From an uncultured Rhodopirellula sp. (lineage in GTDB: Bacteria; Planctomycetota; Planctomycetia; Pirellulales; Pirellulaceae): 64,000 nucleotides of DNA. The stretch covers positions 1 to 64,000 of the forward strand of contig CAXGAI010000012.1 in assembly GCA_964007735.1 (NCBI GenBank), given 5' to 3'. Both the position numbers and the translations under genes were made by a program. This document shows positions 9,840 to 18,416 of this stretch, piece after piece; the first letter of the stretch is position 1; the number at the start of each line of letters is the position of its first letter. Below the pieces are notes generated by a model. It was given only the letters and a program-made list of their open reading frames with translations, had not been told where the DNA came from and did no database searches.

Positions 9840-10772
9840 CTACGTAACCCCTTCGGAATTCTTAGGAACCGTCAGCCCCATGTCTTTCATTAGGAATTGT
9901 ATGTCGTCCCAGACATCACGTTTACGACGAGGATCACGGAGGAGATAGGCTGGATGGAAGGTGCAGAGTACTTTGATGCCATTTTTGTCAAAGAACTGTC
10001 CCCGCATTTTTCCGATGGGAGTCTTACATTCGAGGAACGAGTGGCTGGCGATAGCTCCCAGACAAACGATGTATTCTGGCTGAATGATCTCCAGTTGTCG
10101 TTTAAGAAAGTCAGCACAATTCTGTTGTTCATCCGGTGTTGGATTTCGGTTCCCCGGTGGACGACATTTAATGGTGTTGAGGATGTATATCTCATCACGT
10201 GTGAGGCCCATCGCCTCGATGATTTTATTAAGTAGCTTTCCAGCTCGTCCCACAAACGGTTCACCCTGTTTGTCTTCTTCCGCTCCGGGGGCTTCACCGT
10301 AGAAGACTAGACGGGCGTTGGGATTACCGACACCAAAGACGGTATGGGCACGAGTGCTCGCTAGTTCAGTACAGGCAGTACAATTCGCTACCTCCTGACA
10401 AACAATGTCTAACTCACTTTGTTTCTTGGACGGCATGACGGCTGTTTCCCGGGAGATGTTTAAGGTGAGGCTCGGCGTTGGTACCGAAGCAGGTGGTATT
10501 TGCTTGGGCGCGACTTCCCCAACATGGTCTTCCGCCTTCACTCTTTCGTCTTCGCAAAGCACCTCGTTCTTTGACCGGGATGCCGTCGGCAAACGATTTT
10601 GTTCCATGTTGGCGAGTTGATTTTGGAGGGAGCTTAGATCCGTTTGAGATGCATTGGGAGAACGTATAGAGGTAATTCCCGACCGTTGTAAACTCTGCAA
10701 TCGCTGACGTACAGCCTTCGCAATGCGTGCGGCGTCAAAGGGTAGGCTTGTTGGCGATTGCTCGGCAGACAT
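9840..10772 (-). CDS. udg: Uracil-DNA glycosylase family 4 ([4Fe-4S]) with N-terminal extension
   Basis: [40 protein letters not shown]. Confidence 0.93.
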   Translation of the reverse strand: MSAEQSPTSLPFDAARIAKAVRQRLQSLQRSGITSIRSPNASQTDLSSLQNQLANMEQNRLPTASRSKNEVLCEDERVKAEDHVGEVAPKQIPPASVPTPSLTLNISRETAVMPSKKQSELDIVCQEVANCTACTELASTRAHTVFGVGNPNARLVFYGEAPGAEEDKQGEPFVGRAGKLLNKIIEAMGLTRDEIYILNTIKCRPPGNRNPTPDEQQNCADFLKRQLEIIQPEYIVCLGAIASHSFLECKTPIGKMRGQFFDKNGIKVLCTFHPAYLLRDPRRKRDVWDDIQFLMKDMGLTVPKNSEGVT

Positions 10773-10933
10773 AAGACAGGTGGAAAATCTATTGGAAAGC
10801 AGCTAAAGGAATGTTGAATTATAACGATTTCACTGAAAATACCACCCGTTTCAAGCTTCGCGGGCTTAATTCTAGTTCAATGAAAATGGAGATTATCGAC
10901 GGTTTGTAAACCTGTAGATATCATTATAACACT

Positions 10934-12295
10934 ATGGCTTTACCTCAAGTTGTTATCATCGGTCGCCCTAACGTGGGCAAATCAAGCATCTTCAATTGGC
11001 TCGCCGGTCGGCGTTTAGCCATCGTGGACGATGTTGCGGGAGTTACACGTGACCGGATGACCCAACTTTTGCGACATAACGAGCGTTTTTTCGAGTTAGT
11101 CGATACAGGCGGAATTGGGATTAACGACGTTGATGATCTGAGTGAAGAGATTGAAGAGCAGATTCGATTGGCGATGGATTCTGCTGATGTTATTCTTTTT
11201 GTCGTGGATACTCGAGACGGCTTGCTGCCTCTCGATCAGGAGGTTGCTCAGCGTCTTCGATATATTGACAAACCAATCATTTGTGTTGCCAATAAGGCAG
11301 ATGAATCTGAAATGGATGCCGATGCCGATGAATTCTATCGTCTTGGTCGAGGTAAGTTAATTCGCGTAAGTGCGATGCAAAATCGCAATAAGGAATTATT
11401 GCTTGACATGATTTCTGAACGCGTACCACATCTCAGTGATGAAGACTTGATGAATGAAGATATCGAGCCAGGTGAAATGAAAATCGCATTGGTTGGTCGT
11501 CGTAATGTTGGTAAGAGCACATTTATTAACAGCCTGACCGAAGCCGAACGTATGATCGTCAGTGAAGTTGCTGGTACCACTCGAGATAGTGTTGACGTAC
11601 GCTTCGAATTGGATGGTAAGTCATTCGTAGCGATTGATACACCTGGTTTACGTAAGCGAAAGAGTGTCCGGACCGACGTGGAGTTTTATAGTACCCATCG
11701 TGCTCAAAGGAGCATTCGTCGAGCGGACATTGTGCTGATGTTCTTTGATGCAGCACAACGTGTAAGTCAGGTCGACAAACAACTGGTGAAATACATCGAA
11801 GATAACTACAAGCCTAGTATCTTCGTCGTGAACAAATGGGATCTCATGGTTGAGCATATGCCGACCGAGCGTTGGGCGAACTACCTGCGCGATACATTTC
11901 AAACCATGTGGCATGTTCCCATAGCTTTCATTACCGGACAGACCGGAAAAAACATGAAGGCATTATTAAATCACGCTCAGATGCTTTATAAGCAAACTCA
12001 AATGCGAGTTGGAACGGGCGAATTGAACCGATTAGTTCGTGATGCGATGCGACGTCACGCTCCACCCGTTTTCAAAAATCGACGTCCTAAGGTTTATTAC
12101 TGCAGCCAGGTCGGTACTCAGCCTCCGACAATTGTCATGAAAGTCAACAATCCAAAAGCATTCGCACCCGACTATCGCAGGTATCTTTTGGGAGTTTTTC
12201 GAGATCAGTTGGATTTTGGTGAAGTGCCGATCAAACTTTATCTTCAGAAGCGTGAAAGTATGGACGAGCGTAATGAGATAGGAGTCATCGGTTAG
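10934..12295 (+). CDS. der: Ribosome biogenesis GTPase Der (EngA)
   Basis: Two G domains (GRPNVGKSS/DTGG/NKAD and GRRNVGKST/DTPG/NKWD) plus KH-like tail. Confidence 0.97.
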   Translation: MALPQVVIIGRPNVGKSSIFNWLAGRRLAIVDDVAGVTRDRMTQLLRHNERFFELVDTGGIGINDVDDLSEEIEEQIRLAMDSADVILFVVDTRDGLLPLDQEVAQRLRYIDKPIICVANKADESEMDADADEFYRLGRGKLIRVSAMQNRNKELLLDMISERVPHLSDEDLMNEDIEPGEMKIALVGRRNVGKSTFINSLTEAERMIVSEVAGTTRDSVDVRFELDGKSFVAIDTPGLRKRKSVRTDVEFYSTHRAQRSIRRADIVLMFFDAAQRVSQVDKQLVKYIEDNYKPSIFVVNKWDLMVEHMPTERWANYLRDTFQTMWHVPIAFITGQTGKNMKALLNHAQMLYKQTQMRVGTGELNRLVRDAMRRHAPPVFKNRRPKVYYCSQVGTQPPTIVMKVNNPKAFAPDYRRYLLGVFRDQLDFGEVPIKLYLQKRESMDERNEIGVIG

Positions 12296-12344
12296 TCGAT
12301 ACCAGACGGCCGAGGTGGTTCGTCGATTCTTAGGGGTGTAACCC

Positions 12345-13298
12345 ATGAATAGTGATCATACTGAATCAGACTTAATGGCTGACCGAAATTCTTTGGCGGT
12401 CGTGGTCAAATTGTTACGTCCCCATCAATGGGTGAAAAATTTACTCGTCTTTCTGGCTCCAATTCTGGGGCAAAAGATAGGTAATAGTGAGATTGCCTTA
12501 ACCGGTGTGTGGGCATTTTTTAGTCTCAGCTTTGTTGCCTCGGCGGTTTACGTGCTCAATGACCGTATGGACTTACAGTCAGATCGGCTGCATCCAACCA
12601 AGTGCCGTCGGCCATTTGCCAGCGGGGCAGTGTCGCCTAGGTTGGCCCCCTTCATCATTATTGGGATGCTGGCCGCCGGATTCGGGATGGCTTATTTTTT
12701 GGTAGGTGACTTGTCGTATTGTTATGCGTTGGCAAGTTACTTTGCTGTCACAACACTTTACACATTTTGGCTCAAGCGGATCGTTATGGTCGATGCACTC
12801 GTTCTTGGCGGGCTTTTCACTTTGAGAATTGTGATGGGATCGGTGGCGACAGGAGTCGTCTCCAGTGTTTGGCTGCTGGCATTCTCCATGTTTGTTTTTA
12901 CAAGTATTGCATTTGGTAAGCGATTCAGCGAATTGTTTAAGTATCAGGATGTTCCAGCGGATGATAAACGCCTTGCTAGCCTTCGTCGTCGAGGTTATCA
13001 GCCCAGTGACATCCTCTTAGTGGAAATGTTTGGAATTTGTACCGGCGTGATGGCTGTAATGGTGATGGCGTTGTACATGAATGACGAAGCCGCTGCTCAG
13101 CTATATGTTTATCCTCAGGCTTTGTGGGGTGTTGTTCTTGCCGTGTTTTACTGGGTCTGCAACTTCTGGATGATGGCACATCGAGGTAAGGTGGCGGAAG
13201 ACGCTGTGAAGTATATTGTTTTAGATCGTTCCAGTTGGATTAGCGCCACAATAGTGGTGGTATGCATGTTAATCGCAATTTGGCCATTCTCCGGATAA
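12345..13298 (+). CDS. UbiA-family polyprenyl-phosphate phosphoribosyltransferase (Rv3806c-like)
   Basis: LRPHQWVKNLLVF; YVLND..D...DRLHPTKCRRPFASG; KRFSE; multiple TM helices. Confidence 0.88.
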   Translation: MNSDHTESDLMADRNSLAVVVKLLRPHQWVKNLLVFLAPILGQKIGNSEIALTGVWAFFSLSFVASAVYVLNDRMDLQSDRLHPTKCRRPFASGAVSPRLAPFIIIGMLAAGFGMAYFLVGDLSYCYALASYFAVTTLYTFWLKRIVMVDALVLGGLFTLRIVMGSVATGVVSSVWLLAFSMFVFTSIAFGKRFSELFKYQDVPADDKRLASLRRRGYQPSDILLVEMFGICTGVMAVMVMALYMNDEAAAQLYVYPQALWGVVLAVFYWVCNFWMMAHRGKVAEDAVKYIVLDRSSWISATIVVVCMLIAIWPFSG

Positions 13299-13310
13299 AG
13301 GTCAGGTCTT

Positions 13311-14702
13311 GTGAACGAATTGTCTGTAACTAGCGCCGCTCAGAATTCGCTAAATTCGGCTCGGCTTTCAGGATGGGGTAATTACCCTAAGCTCGACTGT
13401 CGTGTTTACTTCCAACGACGCATCGAAGATCTGCAGGAACTATTGGGTTCGGGTTCTTCGAGTCTGATTGCACGTGGACTTGGTCGCAGCTATGGAGATT
13501 CGGCTGTTAACAGTGACGGAGTGCTTATGCAGACAACTCGTGACCGATTCCTGTCGTTTGATGTGCACTCAGGTTGTGTCACTTGTGAGGCGGGAGTTTC
13601 ACTTCAAGAAATTATTCAAGTTGCTTTACCGCAAGGTTGGTTTTTACCGACGACTCCAGGGACTAAATTTGTAACCGTGGGTGGTGCAATTGCGGCGGAT
13701 GTCCATGGAAAGAATCATCATCGTGATGGAACATGGGGGCAATACGTACTTCGCTTCAGTTTGATGATAGCTAAAGGTGCTGTTTTAGAATGTTCACCAC
13801 AAGAAAATGCTGAGGTGTTTTGGGCGACTGTAGGGGGGATGGGCCTTACTGGAATTATTCTTGAGGCAACGATCCAGTTGATGCGAGTTCCTTCAGCCTA
13901 TGTCGACGTGCACCAGCGACGCGCCGGAAATCTAGGTGAAGTCTTTGATCTGTTTTTGGAAACCGACGACCAATACAAATATAGTGTGGCCTGGATCGAT
14001 TGCCTTAGTCAGGGAAGTAAATTAGGTAGATCGGTGTTGCTGTTAGGCAATGATGCGTCAACAGAATTGGTGCAGGCTTCAGCAATACGGCAGCCGTTTA
14101 CCCTTCCCAAGAAGCGAAGTAAGTCGATTCCTATCCAACTGCCAGGTTTGGCAATGAATAAACTTGCGGTCAAAGCTTTTAATAGCTTGTATTATCGGCG
14201 ACACAGTAACAGGCATATGTTGGTTGATTTCGATTCGTATTTTTATCCACTTGATTCGGTACACCACTGGAATCGAATCTATGGTAAACGTGGATTTGTT
14301 CAGTACCAGGCGCTGTTTCCGAAAAAATCCTCCCGAGAAGCTATGACCTGTTTGCTGGAGATCATCTCTAAATCTGGGCAGGCATCCTTTCTGGCTGTTT
14401 TGAAAAGTAGCGGAGCGGCTAATCAGGGGCTATTGTCCTACTTGTTTGACGGCCACACTCTGGCATTGGACTTTCCTTATCGTGGTGAAAAGACGGATCG
14501 GCTATGTCGTCAACTGGATGAGGTGATGTTGGAATTTGATGGCAGAGTTTATCTGGCCAAAGACGCCTTGGTTTCTGCAGAAACGTTTTCTCAGATGTAT
14601 CCCAAGTTGGAAGAATTTAAGAGGATTAAAAAGCGACTTGATCCTGAAACATTGTTTAGATCGCACCAATCTGATCGGGTTGGAATTACCTGTACACCTT
14701 AA
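13311..14702 (+). CDS. dprE1: Decaprenylphosphoryl-beta-D-ribose oxidase DprE1-like FAD oxidoreductase
   Basis: RGLGRSYGD; PGTKFVTVGGAIAADVHGKNHH; GGMGLTGII; YSVAWID; WNRIYG..GFVQYQ; YLAKD. Confidence 0.88.
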   Translation: MNELSVTSAAQNSLNSARLSGWGNYPKLDCRVYFQRRIEDLQELLGSGSSSLIARGLGRSYGDSAVNSDGVLMQTTRDRFLSFDVHSGCVTCEAGVSLQEIIQVALPQGWFLPTTPGTKFVTVGGAIAADVHGKNHHRDGTWGQYVLRFSLMIAKGAVLECSPQENAEVFWATVGGMGLTGIILEATIQLMRVPSAYVDVHQRRAGNLGEVFDLFLETDDQYKYSVAWIDCLSQGSKLGRSVLLLGNDASTELVQASAIRQPFTLPKKRSKSIPIQLPGLAMNKLAVKAFNSLYYRRHSNRHMLVDFDSYFYPLDSVHHWNRIYGKRGFVQYQALFPKKSSREAMTCLLEIISKSGQASFLAVLKSSGAANQGLLSYLFDGHTLALDFPYRGEKTDRLCRQLDEVMLEFDGRVYLAKDALVSAETFSQMYPKLEEFKRIKKRLDPETLFRSHQSDRVGITCTP

Positions 14703-14715
14703 GATGTGTTAGACC

Positions 14716-16653
14716 ATGGCAAACCAAAAAACGCATACTGAACGTAAGTTCGAGCGGGCTCAACTGCGCAAACTGGAGCGGCGACAAAACCGGCAGTCTG
14801 GTCATTTTGATTCTAAATTTCAAGACGATATTCCACTGGTCAATGTAAGACTTGCTCTTTCAGCCGTCCTAGCGTTGCTGACCGTTGTTTTGGCACTTAA
14901 GGCATTCGAGTTTCCTGTCCCAAATACGGACGAGCCAACAGTGATTAATTTATCGGGAGCCGGTATCGATGATGCCAATATCTTTTTTACTTACGCAAAA
15001 AATGTAGTGGAAGGACATGGAGCCGTTTATTATTCCGGCGGCGACCCTGTGGAAGGTTATTCGTCTACTTTATTCATGATGCTTTGTGCAGTAGGGATGC
15101 TTGTTACCGAAAATATCGAGTTCTTCGTGTTATTGGTAAACGCGATTCTTATGTGTGGCGTGTTAATCTCATTACAATTCTTTTTGCATGGGCTGGCGAA
15201 AGAGTCGCTACCCGAAGACACTCCGATTACTAAACGCGAGTTGTTGGTTGTTAATTGGGCAGCTAGTGCGCTGTTATGGGCCTGGGTGGTTGTTAGTCCG
15301 GCATATGTCATCTGGGTGACGGTCACTTTGATGGATGTTGGACTATGGGCTTTTGTCTTTGTGTTAGGCTCGTTGGCAGTTGTTCGCAAAGCCCTTAGGC
15401 CGAACTCCTCCTCCCGGTCTTTAAACCTGTGGATTTTATTGTTGTTGCTGACTCGTCCTGAGGCGTTCTATTTGTGTCTTGTCTGGTTGTTTGTGATTGT
15501 TGTAACGCGAGTGAAGCAGGGGAGTCGTGTTGTACCGGCAGTAAAATCCATCAAAGGATCGATTCTTTACTATTTTGCTGTTGTCGGTGTAATCACGGCG
15601 TGGCGATATTTGTATTTTGGTTATCCGTTTCCAAATACTTATTATGCAAAGGTTTCATCGGATTTTTTCTATAACTTAAAACTTGGCGTCGGATACCTGA
15701 TTGAATTTGTGAAGGCTGAGCCTTGGGCAGGAGTGGCGTTGTTAATGAATGCTGTCTTAGTGCTGCAGACATTCCGAGTTCCCTGGAATGCAGATCAACC
15801 CGTAGGTTCTAAACCGATCGCAATGATTTCTTTGATCACGTTACTTGCTTGCATTTCACCAGTTTTGACCGGTGGCGACCATTTCAACTACTTTCGTTTT
15901 TTCCAACCCTACTGGCCGCTTATGGCCTTGGCTCCTCTTTATTATTTTCGAAAGTATTTTCTCATTGAATCCCTGCCAACTATGAGAAAGCCACTCCGAG
16001 TGGCACTTTCGACAGCGGCATTGATTGGAACGATGTTGCTTGCTCAGACTCCACCATGGTCAGTCCTTCTGCGTACGAATGGGATTGTGCGTCCAACACT
16101 GACAAATGAATTCCAATTGGCTTTAGGCGGAAGGCAACTTGGTGAAATGCTTAATGCATGGAATGCAGAGTTGCAGTTAAAGAATGACAGCAAGCAACAG
16201 GCATTTAGTTTAGGAACGCTGACAACTGGTGGTATTGGTTATACCTATAAGGGTCCCGTCTTGGATATGCTGGGATTAAATAACGTCCAGATGGCTCATC
16301 GTCAGGGAGATCGCAAAGGAAATAAGAACCATGCGGCATTCAATAAAGACATCTTCTTCGCTCAGTCGCCTGATCTGTTTGCTCCGAGAAGCCAAAGCAA
16401 AATCATTCAAACTCGGAACGATGTGTTTCCATTTAATGTAGGTAACGAGTTTTGGGTAGCAGCCTTGAAAGGTTTGGGGACGGATCCGAGGTTTTTTGAC
16501 CAGTATGCTCCAATTGAGATTACGCAGCGTGAGGAAGACGGTAACCTAATAGGGCGTTGCACTGTTTGGGTCAAGAAATCACTGCTTGACTCGATTCTTA
16601 ACAAAGAAACAAATTACTTTTCGGTAACAGTACTCGCTGAATCCTCGACTTAA
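14716..16653 (+). CDS. GT-C membrane glycosyltransferase, AftB-like
   Basis: DDANIFFTYAKN...G.VY...PVEGYSST; LTRPE; WRYLYFGYPFPNTYYAK; GGDHF...RFF; many TM helices. Confidence 0.75.
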   Translation: MANQKTHTERKFERAQLRKLERRQNRQSGHFDSKFQDDIPLVNVRLALSAVLALLTVVLALKAFEFPVPNTDEPTVINLSGAGIDDANIFFTYAKNVVEGHGAVYYSGGDPVEGYSSTLFMMLCAVGMLVTENIEFFVLLVNAILMCGVLISLQFFLHGLAKESLPEDTPITKRELLVVNWAASALLWAWVVVSPAYVIWVTVTLMDVGLWAFVFVLGSLAVVRKALRPNSSSRSLNLWILLLLLTRPEAFYLCLVWLFVIVVTRVKQGSRVVPAVKSIKGSILYYFAVVGVITAWRYLYFGYPFPNTYYAKVSSDFFYNLKLGVGYLIEFVKAEPWAGVALLMNAVLVLQTFRVPWNADQPVGSKPIAMISLITLLACISPVLTGGDHFNYFRFFQPYWPLMALAPLYYFRKYFLIESLPTMRKPLRVALSTAALIGTMLLAQTPPWSVLLRTNGIVRPTLTNEFQLALGGRQLGEMLNAWNAELQLKNDSKQQAFSLGTLTTGGIGYTYKGPVLDMLGLNNVQMAHRQGDRKGNKNHAAFNKDIFFAQSPDLFAPRSQSKIIQTRNDVFPFNVGNEFWVAALKGLGTDPRFFDQYAPIEITQREEDGNLIGRCTVWVKKSLLDSILNKETNYFSVTVLAESST

Positions 16654-16678
16654 AACCAAAGCTAATCTTGGTGTTAGG

Positions 16679-17455
16679 TTATAGCTTTGGTGGTACTCCG
16701 AGGCTTTTGCCTCCGTCGATAGCGATATCAGTACCGGTCACAAATCGTGCTTCATCGCTGGCGAGGTAAAGAATTGCCGCCGCAATTTCTTCAACATCGA
16801 TCATGCGACCTTCTGCCTGTGCCATGGGGCTGGCAGCTATTGTCGCTTTATAAGCGGCGTCAAAGTCACCAGTTGATTCAAGGTCACTGAGCATCATACG
16901 CGTGTTACCAACCGGACCTGGGCAAACCGTATTTACGCGGATTTTATCTTTACTGTGGCAAAGAGCCAGACTCTTTGTAAAGGCAATCAAGGCGCCTTTA
17001 CTGGTACTGTAAACGGGGTCATGAACTCTGGGAAGGATCCCGGCATTACTAGCCAGATTGATGATGGATCCACCCGTCGGTTGCATATAGGGAATGGCAT
17101 GTTTGCAGCACAGGAAGGCTCCCTTAAGATTGATCCCCATCACGTGATCCCATTCCGCTTCAGAAACATCTGGGATTTGTTTAATCAGACCAACTCCTGC
17201 GTTGTTTACAAGGATGTCAAGATTTCCGGAAGGGGACACGGCCTGTTCAATTAAACCGACGACATCTGATTCATCGGTCACATCACATGGGCGTTGGAAT
17301 ATGCCTAGCTCTGCATAAAGCATGTCATTTTCTTCATTGTTGATGAGGTCTCCACAATATACGTCGGCACCGGCTTTGGCCAGTGCGATCGCTGTGGCTC
17401 GTCCAATGCCGTAGGAACCCCCCGTAACCACAGCAACTTTCCCTTCCAGATTCAT
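16679..17455 (-). CDS. Classical short-chain dehydrogenase/reductase
   Basis: Likely start MNLEGKVAVV; TGGSYGIG, NNAG, YSTSK, IRVNTVCPG. Confidence 0.92.
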   Translation of the reverse strand: MNLEGKVAVVTGGSYGIGRATAIALAKAGADVYCGDLINNEENDMLYAELGIFQRPCDVTDESDVVGLIEQAVSPSGNLDILVNNAGVGLIKQIPDVSEAEWDHVMGINLKGAFLCCKHAIPYMQPTGGSIINLASNAGILPRVHDPVYSTSKGALIAFTKSLALCHSKDKIRVNTVCPGPVGNTRMMLSDLESTGDFDAAYKATIAASPMAQAEGRMIDVEEIAAAILYLASDEARFVTGTDIAIDGGKSLGVPPKL

Positions 17456-17513
17456 GTGTTCGTACTTTCTAATCGGTGAGTGTGAGCGTGAAATTAGTCT
17501 GGGGTGAAGTGAG

Positions 17514-18317
17514 TTATTGTCCACCCCCTTCAGGGATGGGCCAATTCCAACCACAAGTATAACCGCCATCAACATAGATCGTTTGGCCTGTCAGAAATGC
17601 AGAGGCATCGGAAGCTAGAAATAGCGCGGTTCCCACCATGTCCTCTGGAGTTCCTAGTCGGCGCTGAGGTGTATTCGTTTTACCCCACTGCTGCATCTGA
17701 TCAAGTGACCATAGTTTTTGTGTTAAGTCAGTGAGGATAAACCCCGGGGCTAATCCGTTGACTCGAACCCCGTGCTCACCCCATTCCAGTGCGTGTCCTT
17801 TGGTCATATGCCCGAGGGCTGATTTGCTCATGGCATAGGGCAGCACATTCTTAAGCGGACGTAAAGTGTTGAGAGACTCAATGTTAATAATCGCTCCGGA
17901 CTTTTGTTCGATCATTACCTTGCCTGCGCTACAGGACATTTGATAAGCACCTTTGAGATTAATGTTCATAACAAAGTCATAGTCGTCTTCGGTGATTTCA
18001 AGACTTGGTTTTCGTCGATTGACTCCGGCCACGTTTACGAGTGTGTCGAGACGCCCATATTTCTCCAGAACCACTTGAATCAAGGCCTGAATATTGTCTG
18101 ATTTGGCAACATCACACACGACAGGTATGACTTCGTGCACAGATCCGGCCTCGGTGATTTCGTTGGCAGTTGTGTTCAATGAGTCTGCTTCACGTCCGGT
18201 GATAACGGTATGTGCCCCCCGGACCGCGAATCCCTGGGCAATGGCTTTGCCGATTCCACGGCTACCGCCGGAAATAATAACAATCTGGTCGGCGACGGAA
18301 AACAAAGGATCGGACAT
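17514..18317 (-). CDS. Short-chain dehydrogenase/reductase (gluconate 5-dehydrogenase-like)
   Basis: SGGSRGIG, NVAG, YAMSK, VRVNGLAPG, TGQTIYVDGG. Confidence 0.9.
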   Translation of the reverse strand: MSDPLFSVADQIVIISGGSRGIGKAIAQGFAVRGAHTVITGREADSLNTTANEITEAGSVHEVIPVVCDVAKSDNIQALIQVVLEKYGRLDTLVNVAGVNRRKPSLEITEDDYDFVMNINLKGAYQMSCSAGKVMIEQKSGAIINIESLNTLRPLKNVLPYAMSKSALGHMTKGHALEWGEHGVRVNGLAPGFILTDLTQKLWSLDQMQQWGKTNTPQRRLGTPEDMVGTALFLASDASAFLTGQTIYVDGGYTCGWNWPIPEGGGQ

Positions 18318-18346
18318 ATTGAGTACCTAATGGGATAGTTACATCT

Positions 18347-18387
18347 AAACAAACAATGCTCGAAACAGACGGATCTGCCTCGAGCAT
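18347..18387 (-). terminator. Intrinsic terminator after the PPIase gene
   Basis: Minus strand AUGCUCGAGGCAGA-UCCG-UCUGUUUCGAGCAU followed by UGUUUGUUU. Confidence 0.7.
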
Positions 18388-18416
18388 CAGATAGTCGGTA
18401 TGACTTTTAGGATAGC

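Noticed and set aside
16679..18317. Neighbouring SDRs as DprE2
   Set aside because: Opposite strand and classical GxxxGIG/NNAG-type SDR motifs; nothing I recognise as DprE2-specific, so not assigned.
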